Source: Sandaracinaceae bacterium (GTDB lineage: Bacteria; Myxococcota_A; Polyangia; Polyangiales; Sandaracinaceae). Taken from it: 15,863 nt of DNA. The DNA lies in NCBI GenBank assembly GCA_044220955.1, contig JBGAQA010000131.1, forward strand, positions 1 through 15,863. Reading direction: 5' to 3'. Both the position numbers and the translations under genes were made by a program. Under the pieces are notes generated by a model. It saw only the letters and a list, made by a program, of their open reading frames with translations. It had not been told where the DNA came from and did not search any database. Below, one piece after another: positions 1-7,448 of this stretch (the first letter of the stretch is position 1; each line of letters opens with the position of its first letter).

Positions 1-551
1 GGCACGCGCAGCTCCGGGCTCACCTCGGCGAGCGCGCGCCGAGCGCCGCGGATCGCCAGGCGGATCTCTTCCGTCTGGCGGAACGTCTCGAGGATCAGCA
101 GATCGGGCTCCGCGGAGAGCAGCGCGATCGCCTGGTGTCGGAACGCGCTCTCGAGGTTCGGGTGCTCGCTGGCGACGACGCTCTTCAGGAGCCGCCCCGT
201 CGGTCCGATCGACGCCGCGACGTAGGCCTTCGCCCCGCCCGCCTCTCGCGCGATGCGCACGCCAGCGCGGTTGATCGCGTCGAGCTGCCCCTCGAGGTTG
301 TGGGGCGCGAGGCGGTAGCGGTTCGCGCCGAAGGTGTTGGTCTGGAGCACCTGCGCGCCCGCCGCGAGGTAGGCCTGGTGAACCGAGCGCACGAGGTCGT
401 CGCGCGTCATGCACAGGGCGTCGAAGTTCTGCGTGTAGAGCTGTCCGCGCTCGTAGAGCATCGTCCCCATCGCGCCGTCGAACACGAGCGGGCCCTCGCG
501 CAGCGCTTCGAGGAAGGGACGGGAAGGGCGTTCGATGGCCGCGGCGCTCAT
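1..551 (-). CDS. Homocysteine S-methyltransferase domain protein, 5' part only (probably bifunctional Hcy methyltransferase/methylenetetrahydrofolate reductase, YitJ type, or MetH N-terminus); runs off the window
   Basis: Not in the ORF track. Manual translation from ATG at 551: MSAAAIERPSRPFLEALREGPLVFDGAMGTMLYERG...VHQAYLAAGAQVLQTNTFGANRYRL...AYVAASIGPTG...DLLILETF. The DGAMGT, TNTFGAN, SIGP and LETF motifs are typical of the Hcy-binding domain. Confidence 0.9.
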   Translation of the reverse strand, partial: MSAAAIERPSRPFLEALREGPLVFDGAMGTMLYERGQLYTQNFDALCMTRDDLVRSVHQAYLAAGAQVLQTNTFGANRYRLAPHNLEGQLDAINRAGVRIAREAGGAKAYVAASIGPTGRLLKSVVASEHPNLESAFRHQAIALLSAEPDLLILETFRQTEEIRLAIRGARRALAEVSPELRV

Positions 552-594
552 GGAGTCACCCGTTCATGGCCCCGGAGCGCGCGATCGTCGAGGG

Positions 595-1239
595 TCAGCG
601 CTCGCGCGGCTTGGCGATGCCGTCGAGCACCAGCCGGATGAGCGTGGCCACGATGTCGACGGGCTGCGCATCGAGGCGCCCCGACAGGACGCTGAACGCC
701 AGGCGCTCGATCGCGCCGACCACGGCGAGCGCCGAGATGCGCGGATCGGAGACGTCGAGCAGGCCGCGCTCGACCGCGATCGTGGTCAGTCGGATGGCGC
801 CCTCGTCGATGCGGACGCCGAGCTGGACGAGAGGGGCGCGGGCGCCGGTCGCGGCGCCGCGGCTCTCCTGCAGGTAGAGGCGCACCACGTCGAGGCGGTG
901 CAGCGCGAGCGGGACGAGCGCGAGCGCCAGCTCCTGGTAGGCGGCGAAGAGCGTCCCGCGGTCGGAGGCCTCGCCGAGGCGCTCGGCACAGCGGCAGAGC
1001 GCCGCGTCGACGTCGGCGGCGGCCGGCGCGACGATCGCGGCGACCAGGGCGTCCTTGCTGCTGAAGTACCTATAGAAGCTGCCCTTGGCGGCCTTCGCCG
1101 CCCGCGTGATGTCGTCGATCGTCACCGCCTCCACGCCGCGCGCGAGGAACAGCGGCAGCGCCGCGGCCATGAGCCCGTCGGTCTTCGCCCGGCGGTTCTC
1201 GTCGCGCTTACCGCCCGGCAATCCGGGCCGCCTCGCCAT
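595..1239 (-). CDS. TetR/AcrR family transcriptional regulator
   Basis: N-terminal HTH signature LFLARGVEAVTIDDITRAAKAAKGSFYRYFSSKDAL. Start placed at ATG 1239 (MARRPGLPGG); the ORF-track start at 1305 is a less likely upstream alternative. Confidence 0.9.
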   Translation of the reverse strand: MARRPGLPGGKRDENRRAKTDGLMAAALPLFLARGVEAVTIDDITRAAKAAKGSFYRYFSSKDALVAAIVAPAAADVDAALCRCAERLGEASDRGTLFAAYQELALALVPLALHRLDVVRLYLQESRGAATGARAPLVQLGVRIDEGAIRLTTIAVERGLLDVSDPRISALAVVGAIERLAFSVLSGRLDAQPVDIVATLIRLVLDGIAKPRER

Positions 1240-1244
1240 CACCG

Positions 1245-1258
1245 CGACCGGATGGTCA
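1245..1258. promoter_or_regulatory. Candidate TetR operator, copy 1 (CGACC-GGAT-GGTCA)
   Basis: Imperfect palindrome GACC-N4-GGTC just upstream of the TetR ATG; matches the second copy at 1332-1345. Confidence 0.55.
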
Positions 1259-1331
1259 GCATTCGGCGTCGCGTTCGCAGCCGTCTTCACGATTTCCCTG
1301 GACAACCGGGCCGACCTCCTCTACTAAATGA

Positions 1332-1345
1332 TGACCGTTTGGTCA
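1332..1345. promoter_or_regulatory. Candidate TetR operator, copy 2 (TGACC-GTTT-GGTCA)
   Basis: Perfect 5-bp-arm palindrome in an AT-richer intergenic patch, 30 nt upstream of the desaturase-family ATG. Confidence 0.65.
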
Positions 1346-1375
1346 CGTTTTGTCGGCCTAGAAAAGGAAGGCGCC

Positions 1376-1948
1376 ATGCTCGGGATTCCGCTCGGTCTCT
1401 TGTACGCCAATGCCGGCGAGTGGCTCATCCACAAGTACGTCCTGCACGGGCCCGACTCCAAGAAGCCGGGCGGCATGTGGAGCTTCCACTTTCTCGAGCA
1501 CCACCGCCAGGCTCGCCTCAAGGAGATGCGCGACAAGGACTACGAGCGCTCGGTGTTCGGCTGGCACGCGCAGGGCAAGGAGGCCGCCGGGCTGCTCGCC
1601 GCGGCGCTCGTGCACGCGCCCCTGTTCCCGATCGCGCCCTTCTTCACCGGCACGGTCCTCTACTCGATCGCCAACTACTACCGCGTCCACAAGAAGTCCC
1701 ACGAGGATCCGCAGTGGGCGCGCGAGCACCTGCCCTGGCACTACGACCACCACATGGGGCCGGACCAGCACAAGAACTGGTGCGTCACCCGCCCCTGGTT
1801 CGACCACGTCATGGGCACGCGGGTCCCCTACGTCGGCACCGAGCTCGAGAAGCAGGACCGTGAGCGCCGCGAGAAGTCCCGGGCGCGTCGCGAGGCCTCG
1901 AAGACCGAGGCGGCTGCGGCGCCGTCGACCGAGCGCGAAGCCGCCTGA
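1376..1948 (+). CDS. Fatty acid hydroxylase / sterol desaturase superfamily protein
   Basis: His boxes HKYVLH, HFLEHH, HKKSH, HYDHH and C-terminal NWCVTRPWFDHVMGT. SD-like AAGGAAGG at 1364-1371 before ATG 1376. Confidence 0.85.
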   Translation: MLGIPLGLLYANAGEWLIHKYVLHGPDSKKPGGMWSFHFLEHHRQARLKEMRDKDYERSVFGWHAQGKEAAGLLAAALVHAPLFPIAPFFTGTVLYSIANYYRVHKKSHEDPQWAREHLPWHYDHHMGPDQHKNWCVTRPWFDHVMGTRVPYVGTELEKQDRERREKSRARREASKTEAAAAPSTEREAA

Positions 1949-1979
1949 CGCGCGCCCCGCGCCGTGTTACGCCCGGCGC

Positions 1980-2915
1980 ATGCGTAGAACGAGCTTCTGG
2001 GGATCGCTCCTCGCGCTGACCACCCTCGCGTGCGGGACGCCTGCGCCGGCCGTCGTCGACGCCGGATCGGACGCCGCTGCGCCTCCGACGGACGCCAACA
2101 CGAACGACGCCTTCCGTCCGGGCCGCGACGCCGGGCCGCAGTTCGACCTCGGCACCGCGGCGCGTCCTGCGCCGGTCATCATCCCGTCGAGCTTCGACGG
2201 GACGACGCCGATGCCCCTGATCATCCTGCTCCACGGCGACGGCGTGACGGGGCCGGTCGAGGAGATGTACCTGCACCTCGGGACTGCCGCGCGCGCGAGC
2301 GGGGTGATGCTGGCGCTCCCGACGGGGACGCGGGGCTCGGACGGCTTCCTCACGTGGAACGACGGGGTCATCGGTCACACCACCGCGAACGACATCGCGT
2401 ATCTCGGGACCGTCATCGATCAGGCCGAGGCGATGCTCCCGCTCGATACGAGTCGCGTCTACTTCGTCGGCCACGCCAGCGGCGGCTTCATGGCCTACGT
2501 CATGGCGTGCGCGGAGGCGAGCAGGATCGCGGGCATCGCGTCGATCGCCGCGGGGGAGCCGCAGACGTTCTGCGCGCCCTCGCGCCCCGTCTCGATCCTC
2601 GACCTGAACGGGACGGCCGACACGGTGATCCCCTACGACGGCGTGGCCGGTTCGTTCTTCGGTGCGATCGAGGCCACGCAGCGCTGGGCGGGCTTCGCGT
2701 CGTGCGACATCACGATGGCGCGCAGCCCGGCATCCCTCGATCTCGACGGCGCCGTTCCTGGAGCCGAGACGATGCCGACGGACTACGTGGTCGGCTGCAC
2801 GGGCGCGCGCGTCTCGCTCTTCACCATGACCCGCTCGGGCCACATCCCGACGTTCTCGGACGCGAGCGCGCAGGTGATCGTGGACTGGCTGCTGGCGCAG
2901 TCCTCGCCTCCGTGA
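1980..2915 (+). CDS. Secreted lipoprotein, LpqC/PHB-depolymerase-like alpha/beta hydrolase (nucleophile elbow atypical)
   Basis: Signal peptide and lipobox (SLLALTTLAC), PLIILLHG, RVYFVGHASGGFMAYVMAC, NGTADTVIPYDG, SGHIP. True start is ATG 1980 within the 1410..2915 ORF. Confidence 0.85.
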   Translation: MRRTSFWGSLLALTTLACGTPAPAVVDAGSDAAAPPTDANTNDAFRPGRDAGPQFDLGTAARPAPVIIPSSFDGTTPMPLIILLHGDGVTGPVEEMYLHLGTAARASGVMLALPTGTRGSDGFLTWNDGVIGHTTANDIAYLGTVIDQAEAMLPLDTSRVYFVGHASGGFMAYVMACAEASRIAGIASIAAGEPQTFCAPSRPVSILDLNGTADTVIPYDGVAGSFFGAIEATQRWAGFASCDITMARSPASLDLDGAVPGAETMPTDYVVGCTGARVSLFTMTRSGHIPTFSDASAQVIVDWLLAQSSPP

Positions 2916-3051
2916 GCGTGCGCGTCGGGCTGGCGGCGCTCGCCGCCCTCTGGCTGGCGGCTTGCTCGTGCGAGGGCGAGAGCGAGGTCGAGAGCGAGGT
3001 CGAGAGCGAGAGCGAGGTCGAGAGCGAGAGCGAGAGCGAGGTCGAGCCCCG
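2912..3051 (+). pseudogene. Orphan lipoprotein N-terminus (signal peptide, lipobox and acidic ESEV linker) with no recognisable mature domain
   Basis: GTG at 2912 overlaps the upstream TGA (GTGA coupling); translates as VSVRVGLAALAALWLAACSCEGESEVESEV..., then runs into the antisense strand of the next gene. Confidence 0.5.
2972..3046 (+). repeat. Hexamer tandem repeat (GAGAGC/GAGGTC)n, about 12 units
   Basis: Directly visible: gag ggc gag agc gag gtc gag agc gag gtc...; encodes EGESEVESEVESESEVESESESEVE in the + frame. Confidence 0.95.
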
Positions 3052-3723
3052 TCAGCCGAGCTTCAGCACCCGGTGTCCCCACGAGTCGACCCAGAGCAGG
3101 CGGTCGAGCACCTGCGCGGCGTCGAGCGGCACCTGCCCGTGGCCCCGCGCGAGCGCGATCAGCTGCGGCTCGGCCTCGATCACCGCGCCCGCGAACGCGT
3201 CGAGCGTCGGAACGAAGAGCGCGGCAGGCGCCCTCGGATCGTCGGCGGTCGCGGGCATCGGGACGGCGCCCGTGAGGAAGGCGATGGCCGCGTCGTCCAT
3301 CAGCGGCACCGTCTCGGGGACGAGCAGCGCCAGCGCCTTGCTGATCGCGCACGGGCCCTGTCCGTCGATCGAGAGCGCGGCGACCGCCTCCTCGACGGCG
3401 GCCCGGCTCGACTCGGGTGCGGCGAGCCACGCCTCGGGCCCACCCGCGGTCTGCTGGATGAGCGTGCGCCAGTGGTCGACGAGCGGCGGCGCGAGCCAGC
3501 GCTGGAACACGCGCGACTGCGCGCGCGCGTTGACCATCCAGCTCGCCGGCAGCGCGGGCGCGAGGAAGAGCTCGCGCGGGAGCGTCGCGGCGGCGCGCCG
3601 GAACGCGGCCGCCGCGCGATCCCAGCCGTTGGCCCCCGGCAGCGCGTCGCGCGCCGCGAGCTTCTCGGCGGCGCGCTCGATGCGCCAGGTCCCGCGCGGC
3701 AGCGCGACGTCGAAGGCGTCCAT
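3052..3723 (-). CDS. Hypothetical protein, DUF6308-like
   Basis: 223 aa from ATG 3723 (MDAFDVALPRG) with GC-rich third codon positions. Motifs GPCAISKALALLVPETVPLMD and QVLDRLLW resemble my recollection of DUF6308 (SKxL..xxPxxxPxxD; xxLDxxLW). The family call is tentative. Confidence 0.7.
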   Translation of the reverse strand: MDAFDVALPRGTWRIERAAEKLAARDALPGANGWDRAAAAFRRAAATLPRELFLAPALPASWMVNARAQSRVFQRWLAPPLVDHWRTLIQQTAGGPEAWLAAPESSRAAVEEAVAALSIDGQGPCAISKALALLVPETVPLMDDAAIAFLTGAVPMPATADDPRAPAALFVPTLDAFAGAVIEAEPQLIALARGHGQVPLDAAQVLDRLLWVDSWGHRVLKLG

Positions 3724-3742
3724 CGGCGAGAGGGTGCACGAC

Positions 3743-3904
3743 AGCGAGGTCGAGGTCGAGGTCGAGCGCGAGCGCGAGGTCGAGGTCGAGGTCGAGAGCG
3801 AGAGCGAGAGCGAGAGCGAGAGCGAGGTCGAGAGCGAGGTCGAGGTCGAGAGCGAGAGCGAGGTCGAGAGCGAGAGCGAGAGCGAGAGCGAGAGCGAGAG
3901 CGAG
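3743..3904 (+). repeat. Hexamer tandem repeat (GAGAGC/GAGGTC/GAGCGC)n, about 27 units, filling the divergent intergenic region
   Basis: Directly visible; same unit family and orientation as 2972-3046. Confidence 0.95.
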
Positions 3905-3919
3905 TATCCTCGCGCCCCG

Positions 3920-4675
3920 ATGGCCCGCATCTTCGTCCCGCTGCCCGATCGCGACTTCGACGTCACCGAGGTCGCCGTGCCCTGGAAGCTCTGGACCGAG
4001 GCCGGCCACGACGTGCTCTTCGCGACCGAGTCGGGCGCGGTCGCTGCCGCCGACCCGCTCCTCTTGACGGGGGTGCTCTTCGGCCAGCTCGGCGCCGCGC
4101 CGGAGCCCCGGCGCTTCTACGAGGAGATGATCGACTCACCCTCGTTCCGCGCGCCCCTCCGCTTCGAGGACGTCGGCCCCGAGCGTGCCGAGGCGCTCCA
4201 CCTCGCCGGCGGGCACGCCAAGGGGATGCGCCAGTACATCGCGTCGCCGGTCTTGCACGCGCGCGTCGTCGCCTTCGTGCGCTCGGGCAAGCCTATCGGC
4301 GCGATCTGCCACGGCACGCTGGTCCTCGCGCGCGCGATCGATCCGGCCACCGGCAAGAGCGTGCTCCACGGACTGCGCACCACGTGTCTGCCGAAGTACA
4401 TGGAGCGCACCGCGTGGATGCTCACCGCGTGGAAGCTCGGCGACTACTACCGGACCTATCCCAAGTACGTCGAGGACGAGGTGCGCGCCGCGCTCGCGCG
4501 TCCGGAAGACTTCGAGCGCGGCCCGCGCGTGCTCACCGCGCGTGGCACGAGGGACGACGGTCGCGCCGCGTTCGTGGTCGAGGACGGCCGCTACGTCTCC
4601 GCGCGCTGGCCGGGCGACTCGTACCTGTACGCGAAGAGGCTCGCGGCGCGCTTCCCTCGGCGCTCGCGCGTGTAG
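3920..4675 (+). CDS. DJ-1/PfpI family (type 1 glutamine amidotransferase-like) protein
   Basis: MARIFVPLPDRDFDVTEVAVPW, LAGGHAKGM, nucleophile elbow IGAICHG, VVEDGRYVSARWPGD. It forms the C-terminal part of the 2030..4675 ORF. Confidence 0.9.
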   Translation: MARIFVPLPDRDFDVTEVAVPWKLWTEAGHDVLFATESGAVAAADPLLLTGVLFGQLGAAPEPRRFYEEMIDSPSFRAPLRFEDVGPERAEALHLAGGHAKGMRQYIASPVLHARVVAFVRSGKPIGAICHGTLVLARAIDPATGKSVLHGLRTTCLPKYMERTAWMLTAWKLGDYYRTYPKYVEDEVRAALARPEDFERGPRVLTARGTRDDGRAAFVVEDGRYVSARWPGDSYLYAKRLAARFPRRSRV

Positions 4676-4718
4676 AGCCAGCCGACCCACGGGCCGAGCC
4701 CTGCTACTGTCGGCCTCG

Positions 4719-6083
4719 ATGGCGATCCTCGCGTACCGCGGCGGCACGCTCGAGCTCTCGGACGCTCCGAGCGGGCTCGCGCTGCCCGAGTGGCTGGCCT
4801 GGGACGGGCGCAGCCATCTGCACCGCGCGCCTGGTCGCTACTACGCGGAGCTCGTCCTGTTCTTCCGCGACTCCGGAGCGCCCCTCGAGGATCGCGCGCG
4901 CGCCTACGAGGAGCTGCCCACCGGCGTGCTCGTGCACCGCACTCCGCGCCCCTACCAGGACGAGGCGCTCGCCGCCTGGCGCAAGGCGCGGGGGCGCGGC
5001 GTCGTCGTGCTCCCGACCGGAGCCGGAAAGACGCACGTCGCCGTCATGGCGATCGATCAGCGGCGCCGCTCGACGCTCGTCGTCGCGCCGACGCTCGACC
5101 TCGTGCGGCAGTGGTACGACCTCTTGCGCTCGACCTTCGGCGTCCCGATCGGCATCGTCGGCGGCGGCTCTCACGACGTCCGCCCGATCACGGTCACGAC
5201 CTACGACTCCGCGTACATCCACGCCGAGCATCTCGGCCACCGCTTCGGGATGATCGTGTTCGACGAGGTCCACCATCTGCCGGGAGCGACCTACGCGCTC
5301 TCGGCCGAGCTCACGATCGCGCCCTTCCGCCTCGGTCTGACGGCGACGCCCGAGCGCACCGACGGCCGCGAGACCCTCTTGGAGCAGCTCGTCGGCCCGG
5401 TCGTCTACCGCCGCGACATCGTCGACCTCGAGGGGGACTTCCTCTCGGACTACGAGACCATTCGCGTGTCGGTCGAGCTCTCGCCCGAGGAGCGTCGCGA
5501 GCACGACGCCGAGCGCGCGATCTATCGCTCGTTCCTCTCCCGCGCCGGCATCCAGATGAGCAGCGAGCACGGCTGGAGCGACTTCATCATCCGCAGCTCA
5601 CGCAGCGCCGAGGGACGGCGCGCGATGCAGGCGTATCGCCGACAGCGCGAGCTCGCGTTCTCCGCGCCCGCGAAGCTCGACTACGTCGAGCGTCTGCTCG
5701 ACGAGCACAAGGACGACCGTGTCCTGCTCTTCACGCAGGACAACGCGACCTGCTACGCGCTCTCGCGGCGCTTCCTCGTCCCCGCCATCACGCACCAGAC
5801 GAAGATCAAGGAGCGGAGCGAGATCCTCGCGGGCTTGTCCTCGAAGAAATACGGCGCGATCGTGACGAGCAAGGTGCTCAACGAGGGTGTGGACGTGCCC
5901 GACGCCAACGTCGCGATCGTCGTCTCGGGCTCCGGCTCGGTGCGCGAGCACGTGCAGCGGCTCGGGCGCGTGCTGCGCAAGCGCGAGGGCAAGCACGCCT
6001 TGCTCTACGAGATCGTGACGGCCCAGACGACGGAGACCTTCACGAGCGAGCGCCGGCGCGAGCACAGCGCCTACGACCGGTGA
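4719..6083 (+). CDS. SF2 DEAD/DEAH-box helicase, XPB/Rad25 (Ssl2)-like
   Basis: Q-motif PRPYQ, Walker A LPTGAGKT, APTLDLVRQW, DEVHH, GLTATPER, VLNEGVDVPDA, QRLGRVLR; ATG 4719 is in frame with the 4185..6083 ORF. Confidence 0.92.
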   Translation: MAILAYRGGTLELSDAPSGLALPEWLAWDGRSHLHRAPGRYYAELVLFFRDSGAPLEDRARAYEELPTGVLVHRTPRPYQDEALAAWRKARGRGVVVLPTGAGKTHVAVMAIDQRRRSTLVVAPTLDLVRQWYDLLRSTFGVPIGIVGGGSHDVRPITVTTYDSAYIHAEHLGHRFGMIVFDEVHHLPGATYALSAELTIAPFRLGLTATPERTDGRETLLEQLVGPVVYRRDIVDLEGDFLSDYETIRVSVELSPEERREHDAERAIYRSFLSRAGIQMSSEHGWSDFIIRSSRSAEGRRAMQAYRRQRELAFSAPAKLDYVERLLDEHKDDRVLLFTQDNATCYALSRRFLVPAITHQTKIKERSEILAGLSSKKYGAIVTSKVLNEGVDVPDANVAIVVSGSGSVREHVQRLGRVLRKREGKHALLYEIVTAQTTETFTSERRREHSAYDR

Positions 6084-6090
6084 CAGGAGT

Positions 6091-6158
6091 GCTCGCCACG
6101 GAGGGCCGGACGGAAGCGCGCGTCGAGCGCGCGGACGGGAGGGACCGGAGGGGCGAGC
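6091..6158. repeat. Intergenic nested inverted-repeat (REP-like) element
   Basis: Outer arms GCTCGCC (6091-6097) and GGCGAGC (6152-6158); central hairpin GCGCGC-GTCGA-GCGCGC (6116-6132); purine-rich GGAGGG(A)CCGGA direct repeats on each side. Confidence 0.45.
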
Positions 6159-6200
6159 CGAGCAATTGATCGGGGAGGCAGCGCCCGGCACGCTTGCCCG

Positions 6201-7427
6201 GTGCTGACTGCCGATCTCGTCCACACGCGCCGCAAGGGAGACCAGCTCTTCGTGGTGCCCCTCGGCGCCCGGCGCGAGCGCGCCGTCGATCTCGCCGCCT
6301 CCGTGCTCGGCGTGGCCGAGGGGCACGAGGGCATGCGTCGCGAGGAGCTCGACCTCGCGCTCGGCGCCATCGAGGTCGAGCCGCGCGACGACAAGCTCAA
6401 GCAGGGCCTCTTCAAGCTGGTCGAGGACGCGCTCACCTTCGAGGTCGAGGCGCCGGCCGATCCGGTGGCGCTCCGCGCCGAGGTCTTCGAGCGCGCCGCC
6501 ACGACGCGGAGGGACGGGCGCTTCGATCGCGCCGCGCTCCTCGCGGAGGTGGCCGCGGCGCGGGGCACGGACCCCGGGCGAATCGAGTCCGCGATGTACG
6601 CGGACCTGAAGGCCCAGCACGTGGTGCGCTTCGAGTCGCGCGCCGTGCTCGACGCCGGCCCCGAGGCGCTCGTGCGCCGCTACGAGCTCGCGCAGCCGCA
6701 GGCCGTGCTCCTTCGCGCGACGAGCGTGGTGGCCACGGTCACGCCGCGCGACCCGGCGGCCATGCGGGCGCTCTTCCGCAAGCTGAAGTTCCTCGGCCTG
6801 CTCCACACGATCACGCGCGAGGGCTCACGCGTCCGCATCGTCATCGACGGTCCCTTCGCGCTCTTCGCGCAGACCACGAAGTACGGCATCGCGCTCGCAC
6901 GCGCGCTGCCGGCGCTCACGGCCGCGGGCCCTCACGAGATCGTCGCCGACGTGCGCTGGGGCAAGGAGCGGGTGCCCCTGCGCTTCGAGATCCGCTCCGA
7001 CGCGCCGAGCGCGGACGACGCCGACCTCGACGTGCGCCTGGGCGACGACGCGCAGAGCCTGCTCGACCGCTTCCGGGCGCGCGAGAGCGACTGGGAGGCG
7101 CGCGCGGCGAGCGAGATCGTGGATGCCGAGGGGCGCGGAGTGGTCGTGCCCGATCTCGCCTTCACGCACCGGAGCGGGACGCGCGTGCTCGTCGAGGTGA
7201 TGGGCTTCTCGGCGCGCGACTCCGTCTTCGCGCGCGTCGAGCTGGCCGAGGCGGGCGCGCTCCCTCCGATGATCTTCTGCGCGAGCGAGCGCTTGCGCGT
7301 CTCCGAGGCGCTCTTGCCGGAGGACGCCTCGTCGAGCCTGCTCGTCTACAAGGGCGTCATCGCGCTCGGCGCCATCGAGGAGAAGCTCGAGGCCATCCGC
7401 CGGGGGAGAGGTGGCGCGCGCCGCTGA
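6201..7427 (+). CDS. DUF790 family protein (Bax1-like PD-(D/E)xK endonuclease)
   Basis: MLTADLV N-terminus, MYADLK, RYELAQPQAVLLRAT, LKFLGLLH, IDGPFALFAQTTKYG, and nuclease motif VVPDLAF...VLVEVMGF. Lies directly downstream of an XPB-like helicase. Confidence 0.88.
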   Translation: MLTADLVHTRRKGDQLFVVPLGARRERAVDLAASVLGVAEGHEGMRREELDLALGAIEVEPRDDKLKQGLFKLVEDALTFEVEAPADPVALRAEVFERAATTRRDGRFDRAALLAEVAAARGTDPGRIESAMYADLKAQHVVRFESRAVLDAGPEALVRRYELAQPQAVLLRATSVVATVTPRDPAAMRALFRKLKFLGLLHTITREGSRVRIVIDGPFALFAQTTKYGIALARALPALTAAGPHEIVADVRWGKERVPLRFEIRSDAPSADDADLDVRLGDDAQSLLDRFRARESDWEARAASEIVDAEGRGVVVPDLAFTHRSGTRVLVEVMGFSARDSVFARVELAEAGALPPMIFCASERLRVSEALLPEDASSSLLVYKGVIALGAIEEKLEAIRRGRGGARR

Positions 7428-7448
7428 TTTCCCTATGCTGCGCCCGCC

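Noticed and set aside
2972..3904. Repeat tracts as a CRISPR array or IS ends
   Set aside because: These are 6-bp tandem units without unique spacers; no cas or transposase gene and no terminal inverted repeats.
3724..3966. (SL)n/(ST)n N-terminal extension of the 3052..3966 ORF
   Set aside because: It is just the antisense reading of the hexamer tract and overlaps the DJ-1 start; ATG 3723 is the more plausible start.
6186..6197. CGGCAC-GC-TTGC as a sigma54 promoter upstream of DUF790
   Set aside because: The spacing between the -24-like and -12-like elements is 3 nt too short, and sigma54 spacing is strict.
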